The notes beneath the pieces are model-generated. The model was given only the letters and a program-made list of their open reading frames with translations. It did not search any database and was not told the origin of the DNA. The translations under genes were made by a program, and so were the position numbers. A stretch of DNA of 64,000 bases, from positions 40,858,001 through 40,922,000 of the forward strand of contig OX597819.1 of the NCBI GenBank assembly GCA_951406725.2, in the 5' to 3' direction. This document shows, one piece after another, positions 42,561 to 57,889 of this stretch. Origin of the DNA: Octopus vulgaris. Its lineage: Eukaryota. The stretch's first letter is position 1, and every line of letters starts with the position of its first letter.

Positions 42561-42929
42561 AGTAAATTAAATAAAATTTGGGAATTTTTGCGGAGGGTAA
42601 AAGTGGTAACAAGAACAGGACAGTAAGAACAAAACAGTAAAAAGAGTAAAAGACAGAACAATGAGAACAAAACAGTAAAAACAAACGATGAGGGCTATAT
42701 ATATATATATATATATATTGTCAACAAATCTTAAATCCAAGAGAGAAGCTAACTCTAAGTTATAGAGTTGCAAAGTAATTAGATAAAGATAGGCCACTGA
42801 CCATTAGGGTCTGAAGAGACGCTGTAAAGCTAAGTGCTTTATGTAAACGAACGACCCTGGGTAAACCACATGGCCATAACTATTTTCATCTAATATATAT
42901 GAGTATATATACACTCTCTCTCTCTCTCT

Positions 42930-42977
<48 letters not shown>

Positions 42978-45332
42978 TATATACACACACACGCACACAT
43001 ATATATATATATCCAGTAGATATCTTATACTCCTATTACAGCAGAAACACATATAGCTGTCCTTTTGCCTCTAGAACAACCAGCTAGTATTTTCCTTAAT
43101 GCCATGCCAGTTCTAGATAACTTTTGGTTTTTGAGATTATTTTCCCTTCTCTGGTACAATTGGTCAAATTAGCCACATGTGTTTGCTTACTTTCTCTCAA
43201 AGTGAAGATATTTAAAAAGAAATCACGAAATTATCTTGAATGATATTTAAAGTACCTTTATTCATTTTTGCTGCACAAAGTTATGCTACTAATCTCATTG
43301 AATCATTTTTCTGAGCTCACTTTTGTTACACATATGAAATATTCTATGGTCTAAATAAATCACATTATTAATGAATAAAGAACAGATATATCTCTTTCAC
43401 CAAAGCAGCATCGGTTTGTTTTGTTGCATTACCTGACTGGTATGTCTTTTGTGATCATTTGGTAGTTTATATTCAATGGCAAGCAGGTCGAAGCCTTGTT
43501 CGTACATGTATAAATTTCAATGTATAGCTTTATACATAATAACACAATTTTGCCATACACAATAGATATCCTAGAATGTAAAAAAAAAGAAAAAGACTGG
43601 GTATTTAGCTGACTTCTAGCCCACAGAGGTGCTGTCTTCTCGCTCAACATGTCTAGTTGCACTACAATAACCTCTGGTTTTGTTGTTGGCTACTGTCATG
43701 CTATCTCATTCAGGCACTATTCTCTCCTAACCTTGTCCTTTGTATTGTATCCCTGGCCTCTACTAAGCACTCCCTCTTCAGCTCCCTAGAAAAGCTCTCC
43801 TTGGTCATATTCTTTTCCAACAGCCATCAACTTGCAATAATTTAAGAGGAACTTTAACTGCATTGCTCTAACCAGTCTAAGAGTGTTTACCAAGACGTTC
43901 TGGCCATGGCCTTCTCATCCACTCAGATATTTTTTTTATCTCAGATTACATCATCCAATGCATCCCAACCCAACATTTTTTAGAAATAAAGATGGGTGTG
44001 CTATTACTTCTGGAAGGTTGAGTGACGATAGCGAAGCTTAATAGCTTGCTGTGGTGTTACAAATGGGTGGAATTCTGATGAGAAAGGATTGTGCAAAGTG
44101 TTTAATAAAATAGGTTTAGAGAGGTGTTTTGTTGTTTAACTCCAGGTCAGATTGTGCAATACCTTAGGCACAGGCTATGGTGCCAATAAACATACACACT
44201 GGTTGTAGTTCACTTCAGTTTTAGTTTCATTATTAACTGGTTGGCATAAGGTAGGGCATCCAACTATAGAAACCATGGCAAAACAGACACTAGAGCATGA
44301 CACAGTCCTCTGATCTGTAACACCCTGTCAAACCATCCAACCCATGCCGGCACAGAATACAGAGGTTAAGTAATAATGATGATGATGGTGGTAGTAGTGG
44401 TGGTGGTGGTAGTGATAATGATGAAGATGATAAATTTCTCATTAAACTGCTGTGACTTGAAATGATTTTAAATTCTCCAAATTGTATACAAAACAATTTT
44501 GCATACTTTATCTCTGTTCCTCCGATGCCCATGATAGCAGCTTCTACTATTTGTATACATAACAGGACATTGTTTTACTACAGCCATTTCCAAGAAGTCT
44601 GATGATGAAGGAAGTCCTATATACAATATTGGTCTTCTGAAATGGTTCTATTAAGACAGAAAAATAGATATTTTTCTACGCATATTTTATGTGAGGAATG
44701 TTTGTCAGAGGTTTACATTCTGTTATATAATTTTTATGTAAACTAATGTCATAACACTGGGTAAATCATATTGTATCTTGTGGGGGTCTATTTGTGACAA
44801 CTATATTACTCATATGCAAACCTGTAAGAATGTATTATGCTTTGCTGACATGTGCTTTAAATAATACATACATACAGACACATTTTTCTGCAAAATATGG
44901 GTAGTTTAACCTGTTCATGCTATATCATTAGTATTACCCTGCGTTTGAGAACTAGATATTGTTTCTATTTCGACATATTTCTTAAGAAAACCTTCAACTG
45001 TTATATGTATATATTATTTTCATTCTTAAGATTTTATTTTTATTTATTTTATTGTATTTTACAAAGCCATTTAACTGCTTTATTTATAGTTAATTCGATA
45101 TATGGTGTTCTATTTTGCATGTCTTTTATCCGATTTCTATTACTATACTGTCAGCAATTTTAAAAATAGTTCTTTGTATATATATATATATACGCCAGGA
45201 CTTAGACATGTTTTTATACCTATTCATATGTGTGTGTCTATAAATATATATATGTCTAATTAAGCGTGTATGTTTATACTTGTGCACATACGTACATGAA
45301 TGTATATGTATGCCTGTATACATTTATATTAC

Positions 45333-47600
45333 TTACAACGTCCCTGTACATGGCATGCACCACTCTCACTAACCATTCATCTATCCCTAGTTTCCTCATT
45401 GACCACCAGATAAGAGATCGGGGGACCCTGTCAAAGTCTTTCTCTATGTCAACGAAAGCCAGGTACAGGGGCTTATCTTTGGCTAGGTACTTCTCCTGCA
45501 GCTGTCTTACCAGGAATATGGCATCAGTGGTGCTTTTCCCTGGCACGAAACTAAACTGCATCTCATCCAAGCTGACTCTCTCCCTAATCAGTTGGGCTAT
45601 GACCCTCTCTGTAACCTTCATTACCTGATCCAACAGCTTGATACCTCTGTAATTATTTGTATCTAAAGTGTCACCTTTACCTTTCTAGCAGTTGACTATT
45701 ATGCTGCTACAACAGTCATTGGGTATGACTCCTTCGTGTATCACCTGGTTAACTATACGGGTGATTAGGCTATAACCGACACTGCCAGATATTTTGAGCA
45801 TCTCTGCAGTAATTCCTGATGGGCCTGGGGCTTTCCCTGTCTTCATACTTCTAATTGTCTTATCTACCAAGCTACTGTCAACTCGGATAGCTGGTCCCTC
45901 TGTTGGGTCAACATTCGGCAGACTCTCTTTCTCCCATTCATTTTCTTTATTCAGCAACCTTTCATAGTGGCATCTCCAAACCTCTCTCTTTACATCCTCA
46001 TGTAGCGCAAGTGAACCATCATTCATGCGAATACATTTCTCTCCTACCACATCACGATTCTCTCTCACACACTGTCTTGCAACACGAAATACCTCAAGTC
46101 TTTCATCCACGCAGTGCAGAATATTGGCAAATTTTTTCTTATCTGCTTCCCCTCTGGCTAAATAAACCTGCCTCCTAGCTTCCCTTCTGGCAGTCTGATA
46201 CACTTCCCTGCTACCACCGTTCTTCCAGTCCTTCCAAGCCTGTTTCTTTTGTCTAATAGCCCTGTCAACAACATTGTTCCACCATCACGTTATTTTGGGT
46301 TGAGAGGGGACTTTGCACCATCCACAGATCTGGTCGGTGGCCCTTAGCAGGTTGTCCTGTAGGAACCTCCAGTTGTCTTCTATACCATGGGAAGCTATAT
46401 CCCCTTCTATTTCGTCAAAGGCTTCGAGTAATATGTCTCTAAATCTCTGTCCATTTGCGGGATCTTTAAGTCTCCAGACCCTTCTTCTCCTCGCTGGTCG
46501 TCTTCTGGGCAACCATTTAGCACTTACCCAGAAGTCACTAACTACCAGTCTATGTTGTGGGGTACATTCTTCGCCTGGGGAGGTTTTGGCATTTATAAGC
46601 AGCCATCTTTCTCTTTTTCTGGTGAGGATGTAGTCAATCTGGTAGTGTGTCTGCCCGAGTGGTAGGTGACTAGTTGGCTGGCAGGTTTTCTGAAGTTAGT
46701 ATTGCGTAAGATCATTTGCGTCACAGAACTCCAGCAGCCTGGTTTCCTCCTCATTGCGAGAGCCAAAACCGTAGCCTCCATGTATGCCATGGAAACGCCC
46801 GACATGTTGTCTAACATGTCCATTGAAGTCACCAGTCACAAAGAGGTCTCTGTCATTCGTCAACGTGGTATCATAGAATCGGTCTTTCTGTCCATCGGGT
46901 AGCCCTGGCTGAGGGGCACAGGCCAAGATAATGGTTGCTAACCCATGGTGGAGCACTAATCTAATCTTAAATATTCTATCGCATACTCTGACAACCTCAA
47001 TTACCTTATCTACCCATTTCTCCGCAAGAAGTACACCCACGCTCCCGACTCCATCAGTGTTCCCTGCCCAGAAAATCTTGTACCTGTGTTCTTTGCCTGT
47101 GAGGAACCTAGCAGAACCTCCTCTCCACCTAATTTCTTGGATGCAGCACATATCAATACATCTCCGTTCAAGCATCTCAACAATCTCACCAGACCTACCT
47201 TTCAGTGTGCTGACGTTGAGAGTGCCAACCCTGAGGGTGTGGGAGGTATGGGCCCTTGAGATCCTGGGACGGGGGACAGCGGCGTCATGTACCTGAAAAG
47301 AGAGCTCGCATTTGGCAGAATTCATAGACAAACAACAATAGTCTTAAGTTCAACCCGCGTACACTACACAATCATATTTTGCCCTATATGATCACTACCT
47401 TATATAGAAGGGGGTGGGGTGGCGAAAGGCCTTTAGAAGTGTTCATGGGAGACAATAGAAGGAGGTGGGGTGGCGTAAGGCCTTTAGAAGTGTTCATGGG
47501 AGACAACCAAGGATGACAGAATAGGGACTTCTGGTACAGGTGGAGGGGGTGCGAGGGCGGGCGCACCGCAAACTAGCAACTAGACATTGGGGATGAATGT
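45333..47600 (-). mobile_element. RTE-clade LINE: 5' UTR, APE endonuclease and N-terminal RT, 3' half missing
   Basis: LRVGTLNV..L, CIQEIRW, GDFNGHV, GKAPGPSGI and QFSFVPGKSTTDAIF...LAFVDIEK.FDRVPR, with frameshifts. Confidence 0.92.
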
Positions 47601-50600
47601 CTGTGTGATGGACTTTCATGAGTGAGAGAATATGTTGCGGATTAAGGGGAAATGCATGAGCTTAGTTTATCTTAGACATCGATAAGACAGAACTGTAGGG
47701 TAATATATTTAACATGATGGCATGGCGCTGAAATAGATGGAGTAAAACAGAATAGAGATAAACTAATAAGGGTTAATCAAGCGTGCAGAAATACAAGGGT
47801 TGAATTTAAAAGAATTCTTATCTGGAGGAATGCTTCATCTTTTGCGTTCATAGTTTCACAGCCAAGGTATTGAGATCGACATAGGAAGCTATAAAGCTTT
47901 CGTTAGTTTATACAGGGTGGTGGTGGAGGGGAAGTAGGAAGTCCGATCGAGTCAAGTGGTAATTGAAAGAGATAGGGAGACAGAGTGAAGAGATAGAGAG
48001 AAACATAGCGAGACAGAGGGGGGTCGCGAAGATTGCTCTACATTTTAAATTGATGTAATGATTACATTGTTCAGTTAAATGGAATTGCATGAAACGATCG
48101 TACTGCATTACCTCTGGATATCCTTGTTGCTTATTTTGATTATTTATATATGTGTATATATATATACCCACACACACATACATAAATAAATAATAAAGAT
48201 GATGAGATATACACATACATATCTTCAAGCATATATATACACACATATATATTACTCTTATACAAGAGTGTTGTTGACAGTGACTTTGAAGATTCTGCCA
48301 GATAAGCCATTGTTGGACAATAAACCATCACTGTCCAATGATAGCTTATCTGTCCAAAACTTCAAAGTCACTATCAACAACATTCCTGTTTAAGAATAAT
48401 AAATTTGTACTCTACAAAAGTATACTATAAACTATCAGATCAATGTAAAATTGTTTTTATTATAACTGAACATAAAAACAAACATTTATACATATATATA
48501 CACCTACATACATACACACACACACACACACATATAAGCATATATCATTCTTTCAGTTAACATGTTTTTCCATACTACCAGAGATGTGAATAGTGAGTTA
48601 TTTTAAGCAGGACTTTTGCAGACGGATGTTCTTCCTGTCACTAACCCTAACCCTTGTTTTCAAGTAAAAGAATCTTTTATATTCCAGAAAGCACCAAGAA
48701 AGAGCATCATGCGAACATGGAATGGACAACATCACCGCTGTATCGTCCATGCAATGACAAGTAACAAACATCTACATCCTGAACTTCCTGCAGTTTATGC
48801 ATTTCAAATACCCTTAGAAATTATTGGTAAACCTAAAGCTTTTGTTGAAGACAACTTATCAAGGGTAATGTGCACTGGAACTGGACTTCATAAAGCATAA
48901 TCAAGCCTGTCCCTGTGTGTGTAAGATTGTTAATTGACAAATTTATTAGAAGATTCTTGGTGCCACATAGAGGGAACCCATGCTGATGCCACATAATGAG
49001 CACCATGCCTATGCTGGTGCCATGTGAAAAATATGTGTCAGTGCCACATAAAAAGTGACTCTGCTGGTACCATGTACAGAGCACCCATGCTGGTGCCACA
49101 TAGAAAGAATCTGTGCTGGTGCATTGTAAAAAAACACCTGTGCTTGTCCCATGTAAGGAGCACTCATGCTGGTGCAACGTAAAAAGTACTCATGCTGGTG
49201 TGACATATAAAATATCAATGCTGGTTTCACATATAAAGCACCCAGCACACACTGTAAAGTGGTTGGCACCAGGAAGGGCATCCAGTTGTAGAACTTTAGC
49301 CAAAACAGACAATTGGAGCCTGGTGCAACTCTCTGGCTGGCTAGCTCTTATCAAACCATCCAACCCATGCCAGCATGGAAAACAGGCATTAAATGATGAT
49401 GATGATGATTGAATACAATGCACAGTGATATGTGTCCTGGCTATCTGTATTTCAGTTCAAACCTTGCCAAAATCAATTCTGCTTTTTGTTTATTTGGGGT
49501 TCAATAAAGTACCAGCTGAGTACAGATGCAGGAGACTGCTACATCCTGTATGTTCAGCTAGATCAAGAGGTGCATGAGGGGAGATCTGTATCTGTTTGTG
49601 ACTACAAACCATTACTAAAAGCATGGTATACAATGACACCAAGTCATCTTCTATCATGAGTGATGGACAGGTGAGGCAGTGTTAAGAAGCTTGTTTCTCA
49701 GTTATGCGGCCTCAGGTTTAGTCCCACTTGTGAGTGGATGTGGTAGATGGAAACTGAAAGAAACCCACAAGATTATCCACCATCTTTCCAACAGCAACCT
49801 CGTCACTTTCTGGAACTCCATATGTCTAACAATTGTGGATATGCTTACAAAATCAAAAAACAACACAGCAGTCATAACTTTCAGATACATTTTTTTCATG
49901 CTCAGAATTGCTGAAGCATGGAATAAACTACCAGCTATCGGGACACTACATCCTTCAAAGCTTCCATGCTTCCTGAAATTCACCAACACTACACATGATA
50001 ACCCTGCCTTTTTTCCTTTAACAACTCACTTCCTATGCATTATTCTATGTACTTTTGGCTACTTTTTCTTCTGAGTTTTAGTGCACCCGAGCACTGCATA
50101 CAATAAGTTTATTATTATTTTTATACATGTGTGTGTACTCTTGATGATGCTTGGCATCATGTGATGGTAATAAACGAGAATCACTATCATATAGGCAATG
50201 TTGTTCATTTCAAGTCTTCCATGGAAAATGTCTCTGGCTATGAGAAATATTACTTTGCTTGGAAATAGATGAGGTATGGCAAGAGAAAGGCATCCAGCTG
50301 TAGAATACCTGCTCCAGTCTGATGCATACAAACATAAATTGGACATTAAATAATGATTATATGTGTGTCCATATATGAATATATCAAGTGACCGACCAGA
50401 CCATCAGATGTTGCTACACATCGCTGGTCCCAATGCGTCTGCATTGTTTTAGAATTCGAATGATGCCACCCCGCTGGCTAAGCGAGCAGGCCAATAGAAG
50501 AAAGAGTGAGAGAAAGAGTGGTGAAAGAGTACAGCAGGGATCACCACCCCCTGCCGGAGCCTCGTGGAGCTTTTAGGTGTTATTGCTCAATAAACACTCA

Positions 50601-51184
50601 CAACGCCCGGTCTGGGAATCAAAACCGCGATCCTATGACCACGAGTCCGCTGCCCTAACCACTGGGCCATTGCGCCTCCACATGAATATATATATATATA
50701 CATGGTTATAATTACATATACAGATGGTTGTATCTCCATAATTTAGCATAATTCAAAATTGCATGAGAATTAGTGTTGTCTTTTTCTATGAGCAATAATC
50801 ATTAAATCTCACTTCTCTCTTCATTAACTGGCCACTTAGTTTAGATGTGATAGAAATATTTTTGTTATATTGTAGAGCAGATCATAGAAGTGAGATATTA
50901 TATATCAATGGACACATGGAGATACAGATTTTTTCTTCTTCAGAAATGTTAAGCAAGGTACATAACTCTGCTTTGCCAGCCATGTATAATTTAATAATTA
51001 CATGGTTAAAACTACTTAAAAAGAAAAAAACTCTGATGTATTTAACACTGGTACGAGATGTAAATATACACGAATCTCAATCTATGTGTATGTATATATA
51101 TATATATATTATATATATTGGTAAAAACGGTAAGATAACAAAAGAAAGAAAGAGACCTCAATATTATGTAAATAGAGGAAATTT

Positions 51185-51362
51185 ATCTATAAAATAATAT
51201 GTTACAATTATTCAATAGTCAAGATAAAACTCCGAATTTCGGATGCCGAAGTGGAAATCCACAACACCATCTCTTCATTTTCATATGGCCAGATTTCCAC
51301 CTTGGCCTCCGAAACTCAGAGTTTTATCTTGACTATTGAATAATTGTAACATATTATTTTAT

Positions 51363-51367
<5 letters not shown>
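51185..51367. repeat. Fold-back inverted repeat, arms about 75 bp
   Basis: atctataaaataatatgttacaattattcaatagtcaagataaaactc is mirrored at 51319-51367. Confidence 0.9.
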
Positions 51368-51410
<43 letters not shown>

Positions 51411-51412
51411 TA

Positions 51413-51515
<103 letters not shown>

Positions 51516-51537
51516 ATACATATTATATATATATATA

Positions 51538-51855
51538 CACACACATATATAAATATTATTTCTAAATCTCTTAATGAGAGACATTCAGTAACAGTACTTT
51601 AAAGTAAAGACTGTTTGCCAACATAATGTAGCAGTTCCCGGTTGAGACTGCCACATTATACACACACATATATATGACTGAAACAAATAAAAGAACTTGT
51701 ACGTATATATATATATGTATGTGTGTGTGTGTGTATAATTTGGCAGTCTCAACCGGGAACAGCTACATTATATTGGCAAACAGTCTTTACTTTAAAGTAC
51801 TGTTACTGAATGTCTCTCGTTAAGAGATTTAGAAATAATATTTATATATGTGTGT
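51538..51855. repeat. Inverted duplication, arms about 130 bp, bounded by (CA)/(TA) microsatellites
   Basis: 51540-51668 is the reverse complement of about 51725-51855. Confidence 0.9.
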
Positions 51856-52675
51856 TATATATATAATTAGGTTTTAAGATGCAGAAATTATTGTTATAAG
51901 CCACCGAAATAATTGACAAAGTGATCTTGAGTACAAACGTTAGTACAGCCATTATACTGTACAAACACAGTGTCAAGGTAGACAACTCTGTTTTTACCTC
52001 AATATTTGCCAAGAAAGTACAGCCAAGGCATTCATCATCATCATTTAGCGTCCGCTTTCCATGCTAGCATGGGTTGGACGGGTCAACTGGGGTCTGTGAA
52101 GCTGGAAGGCTACGTCAGGCCCAGTCAGATCTGGCAGTGTTTCTACGGCTGGATGCCCTTCCTAGCATTCAGTATCATAAAATAATTTTTTCCCACACGA
52201 AACAATATGCTCAGTCTTTCTTCGCCGGAACATCATTTCTCTGGAATCTCCTCTCTTCTCATGCCTTTCCTGCAGGTATTGACTCACAACAGCTTAAACA
52301 GAACATTACTCGGGGTTGTATATACGAATAATGGGGAAGTAGTAGGTCGAATTAGATGCTAGAATTGCAGGCACTGGTACAGTAATCCACCCACTCCAGC
52401 AATCATTTCTCTGAAGAGAGAATGGTAAAAAAAAAACAAAAACAGTTATCTTCAATTCTGCTTACGTATCTGTCCTCACCTATGGACATGAATGCTAGGT
52501 AATGACCGAAAGAGTACAATCACAAATATAAGTAACCGAAATGGGGTTTCTCAGAAGAATTACTAGAGTATTGTTGCTCAACAGAGTGCATAGCCTGGAG
52601 CTCAGGGAGTCTCTCCAGGTTGAGCTGCTACCTCTCTGCATTGCATTGAGAGGTCACAGCTTTGGTACTATGGAC

Positions 52676-52992
52676 ATCATCATCATCATCATCATCGTTT
52701 AGCGTCTGCTTTCCATGCTGGCATGGGTTGGACGGTGCAACTGGGGTCTGGGAAGCCAGAAGGCTGCACCAGACTCCAGTCTGATCTGGCAATGTTTCTA
52801 CGGCTGGATGCCCTTCCTAATGCCAACCACTCCATGAGTGTAGTGGGTGCTTTTTACGTGCCACCGGCACAGGTGTCAGACGAGGCTTGGAAACGGCCAT
52901 GATTGGATGGTGCTTTTTACGTGCCACCGGCATGGAGGCCAGGCGAGGCTGGCAAACGGCCACGATCGGATGGTGCTTTTTATGTGCCACTG
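52676..52992 (+). mobile_element. (CAT)n-ended retroposon family (RTE-tail-like)
   Basis: catcatcgtttagcgtctgctttccatgctggcatgggttggacgg...ggatgcccttcctaatgccaacc recurs at 44240-44370, 48940-49410, 52035-52165, 56240-56520, 57230-57730 and 59015-59330. Confidence 0.75.
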
Positions 52993-54134
52993 TGATTAGA
53001 AAGAATTGCAAGATGGATTCTTCAAGCCAAGCCAACAGGTAAGGAGACCTAAGAGTAGACCATAAGCGTGATGGTTCAATTATATCTATAGTCTCAGTTG
53101 GTCATGCTCAGGAATCCATCTGGAAAGTCTAATGAGAGTTGCTTTTGAAAGGAACCAATAGAGGAGATGCAGGAGTACTTTACTCCTATGACCCTCGCAG
53201 GGAAAATGAGATGAGGAGGTCAATGGATAGATAAATGTGTACAACCTCACTGAACTTGGAAAGTCTACAAAGGTTTTGGGCATTACCCTTGCAGATTCAG
53301 TAAGTGACAAAAAAAAAAAAAATTGCTGAGATGCATAGTGAGACTTATTATCATGTTCAATAGTCATTCCAGTTACAAAGTAATTTGGTATCTTTTCTTA
53401 ATATAAGAAATGAATGACATAACCAGATAATTTTTCCTCTTAGTGAAGGTTTGTTTTTATAAACATCTGTATATAACATTTTTTTTACATAAATTTATAC
53501 ACACTTTGTATAAATCAACTATCATTAATTAAATTTAATATCAATTAACGATACATTATAAAATAAATAATGGTTTCTCAATTTAGGCAAGGGTCTGAAA
53601 TTTGTGGAGGATTTAGTCAATAACATCAACCCCAGTATTTGACTGGTTCTTTATTTTATCAAACCCCAGAGGGATGACAGGCAAAGTTGACCTCGGTGGG
53701 ATTTGAACTCAGAACAAAGAATCAGAATAAATAACACAAGGTATTTTTTCCAATGCCTGAATAATTCTGTTAATCCACCAGCCTCAATCATAAAATAAAT
53801 AATGATATAGTAAGAACATCAAAGATTACACCAGTCCAATGTGTCAGAAAAATATAATTTATAACAGGAATTTAAACAATCAGATTCAAGTTTCAAGCTT
53901 CTCAAAGTGTACGAAATAATTTAGAAATTTAGTTTTGGTTTATGTACAGAAAAGTAATTGGAAATTAATATTTGGAAATGAAGAAGCTTGTCAAGCTGCC
54001 AGTACTACTGTAAAATGGAGAATTTGTCTTCATAGCTAACAAATTCACCAGAACAAGGTAACATTATAGTAGATAGCTTTAGAATTAATGATATCCTAAA
54101 ATGATATTAAATTTGAAAGACAATTATTAATCAG

Positions 54135-54505
54135 TTATTTTTTTTGACGAAACCAGGGAGCATCTGAAGACTTTACATCACATAATTTAGATTGAATATC
54201 AAGGACTATTCTTGATAATTCACGGATACGAGCTTCTTGCTGGTCTGTTACTATGTCTAGTTCTTGAATACGGTATTCAAGTCTACGAACTTTTTGTGTT
54301 TTTTCTTCTTCTTTCACCTGCTCTTTCATGGCAGAGCGTTGGTACTCTACATATATTGTAGCTGCTGCAATAAAGAAAATTATAGCCTCTCCAAGAAGCT
54401 CTGCTCCAAGTTCAGTTGCCATTTGTTCATTTAGTCTCTGTACATCTTTGGCTTTGCCTAATCCCATTACTCGCATTTTAACATTCACTTCTGCCCAGTG
54501 ATACA
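54135..54505 (-). CDS. OPA3: OPA3 exon 2
   Basis: Acceptor ttctttcAG; (L)YHWAEVNVKMRVMGLG...LNEQMATELGAELLGEAIIF...EYQRS followed by a coiled-coil-like tail. The spliced CDS is 510 nt (169 aa). Confidence 0.95.
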
Positions 54506-54712
54506 CTGAAAGAAAGACAAAGAAAAAATATTAAACTTCCAAAGAACATGAATAGTTTTATTCTATTAAAATGTAATGTTCATTTAAGAATGACACTGTA
54601 GAATAGGTGTGAGAGGCTGGATCTGGCTGGTTTGGATATAAAATAGATAGAAACTTGGACCAGATTAGGCTGGTTTAAATGCTAATGAGTTAAACATTTC
54701 TAATAAAAAAAA

Positions 54713-55242
54713 CTGGGTTGTCCGGAAAGTTTGTGCCGATTTATAGTAGCTTACCTTTCGACTTATTTTAGAACATGGTTGAGTCCATTTTAGAGCACAG
54801 TTTAAGCTATCTTTTCGTGGAAGAAGATTTATGTTCCTATAACCTGTGTTAATTCTGTAACCCTTTAAAATGGAAGATAAAAAAGTTCATTTTCGGCACT
54901 TGATGCTTTGGGAACCAGACAAAAATTGCTGCAGCTCGGCTAGGATGTGTTACCCCACCCTCCATATTCACCAGATATTGCTCCTTCAGATTTCCACTTA
55001 TTCAGGTCTCTGCAGAATAGTTTTAATGGTAAAAATTTTAATTCCTTGGATGATGTAAAAAGATACCTTGATGAATTCTTTGCCATGAAACCACCTCAAT
55101 TCTGGGAAGAGGGTATTTTCAAGTTAAAGGAAAGATGGAGACGCATTGTGCAAGAAAATGGTTGATTAAAAATGTAATGGCAAGTATTTATTGACGTTTT
55201 TCTTTCCTTTAAAAATTGGCATGAACTTTCTGGACAACCCAA
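54713..55242 (+). mobile_element. Internally deleted mariner in the OPA3 intron
   Basis: TIRs tgggttgtccggaaagtt.../...aactttctggacaaccca. MEDKKVHFRHLMLWE is joined to LPHPPYSPDIAPSDFHLFRSL. Confidence 0.9.
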
Positions 55243-55314
55243 TAGAATGAATCTTGTATTTACTCCTAATAACTCATACAACTAATTATCTCTTGCTCTG
55301 ATTACATTAGGAAG

Positions 55315-55359
<45 letters not shown>

Positions 55360-57889
55360 TCCATGAGATAATATTTCATGGAATAAGTTATATTATTAAT
55401 TTAAGATGCAGCAAGACACACAGACCATATTGGCAGAAACGAAATAGTTGTTTCAAAGGAATTGGTGCTAGTAAGTATACTGAGGAGATCCCCTTCGGTC
55501 ATGAATGGCTATGGGATTGCACCTAGAAAGTTACCCTCCGAGGCACAAGTCCGGGCAAGGTTGTTTTGTGGAAGGCCAGCAGTCGCCCATGCATACCAGG
55601 CTTCCCTCTCCACACCACTGATGTTATCCAAGGGAAAGGCAAAGGCCGATACAGCTTGGCACCAGTGATGTCGCAACTCATTTCTACAGCTGAGTGAACT
55701 GGAGCAATGTGAAATAAAGTGTCTTGCTCAAGAATACAACACGCAGCCCGGTCTGGGAATCGAACTCACAACCTCACGATCGTAAGCTCAATGCTCTAAC
55801 CACTGAGCCATACACCTTCACTAGTATACTAGAACCAAACAAATGAGAGTGAAGCATTACGTTGAATACAAAATTATATGTTATCAATACCACATAGTTA
55901 ACTATGTATGTTGTTTAAACACCAGAGACTGTGGTTTTTGTCTGAGGAACATCCTGTTAAAAATATATAGTGTTAAAAACCACAGTATACTTCAGAGTTG
56001 GGAGAAATGAAATTACCCAAAAAATGATCACGAGAGCGACAGATAAGTATTCTGCTTGGTTTGTGGTTTATCAGTGTTACATAATTGTGTCACTTCTGAA
56101 ACAAAATTGAAATTGCCAGTCTGAAGTATATATAGATAGCGTATAAACTATCAACTGATCTGAAATTGTACTGCAAAGGCAGAATAAATTTGAATAATGC
56201 AACATAAGCAGCTCTATAATGTAAACATTATTAATACCACATATGTGGTGGTGTCACATAAAAAGAACTCATTCTGGCACCACATAGATAGCACCCATGT
56301 TGGTGACATAAAAAAACACTTGTGTTGGTGCCATGTAAAAAGCACTTGTGTTAGCACCATGTAAAAAGAACCTGTACTGGTGCCACGTAAAAAGCACTCA
56401 GTAGACTCTGCAAAGTGGTTTGCATTAAGAAGGGCATCCAGCCATAGAAACCATGCCAAAACAGATGGCTGGAGACTGGCGCAGCATGGAAAATGGACAT
56501 TAAATGATGACGATGATCATCATCATTATTTGATGTATGCATGTTGTTTAAATGTCAGAAGCTGTGGTTTTCTATTTAGGAAAAATTCCTTTATAGACAT
56601 ATAGTGTTACAAAACAATATACATCAGAGCTATATGAAATAAAATTACCCGAGAAGTGATCACAAAATTATATAATTCAAATTCTAGGTAGAAATAATTT
56701 TTTAATATATAGTTTTAGTTACTCCAACAAATGAGAGTGACTAAACATTTCTACAAATAATCAGAATTGCTAACCTGTAGAAAAACAGATTTCATAGTAG
56801 TCTCTAACACAAAACACAAAAACTGAAATTGGGGAAATGAGAAAAGTCAAATCTAGCTTAGTACTCAACTGGTACATAATATTTTTGACTTTGAAAGATT
56901 GAAAGACGAACTTGACTTTGGTGAGATTTGGACACAGAACTTAAGCAAATATCACAAAGCATTTTGTCTGAAGCTGTAACTATTCTGCTGATTCATCACC
57001 CAAGAGACAAATTTCATAATGAAGCATAATGTATGATTCAACATTTTCAAAGAAAATATGCTCCTCTATTCAAGACTTGACTGATGATAGTCTTCATCTC
57101 AGTACTGGACTGTTTTGTAACAAAAACTTGATAATATGAAGCTAAGGCATAAATTAATGAAGATAGAAGAGACCCATAGCTATTGACAGCATGAAGGTAA
57201 ATAAATTTAGAAATAAATACATACAAAATGCCCTTCCTTGTGCCAACTACTCCGAGAGTATAGTGGGTGCTTTTACGTGCCACCGGCACAGGAGCCAGTC
57301 CAGCAGCCAGTAAGGCGATGCTGGTGTCTTAATTAGAAACCACTCGTGCTAGTAGGGTGCCAAGAGCACCATCTGGGCGTGATCGTTGCCAGAGTGGCTA
57401 ACTGGCTTCCATGCCGGTGGCATGTAAAAGGCACCATTTCAGTGTGATAGTTACCAGCATCGCCTTACTGACACCTGTGCCAGTGGCATGTGTAAAAAGA
57501 TTCGAGTAAGGTCGTTGCCAGTACCGCCTGACTGGCCCCATGCTGGTGGCACATAAAAAGCACCCACTACACTCTCGGAGTGGTTGGCATTAGGAAGGGC
57601 ATCCAGCTGTAAAAACTCTGCTAGATCAAAATTGGAGCCTGGTGCAGCCATCTGGTTCGCCAGCCCTCAGTCGAAATCGTCCAACCCATGCTAGCATGGA
57701 AAGCAGACATTAAACGATGATGATGATGAAGATGAAATGAAGAGCATTGTGGTTATATTGTGAAGATAAAAATAATCTAATGTCGGAAATATTTCTTCTT
57801 GAGGTTGCTGAAAATGTATGCAGAGAGAGTCTACTTTAAGTAAACCCAGCAGAGGAACCAGCCACTGAAGTTGACAACTATACAAACAA

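Noticed and set aside
48940-49240. CRISPR-like short repeats (catgctggtgccac...)
   Set aside because: Degenerate tandem units inside a retroposon family in a eukaryote; no unique spacers or cas genes.
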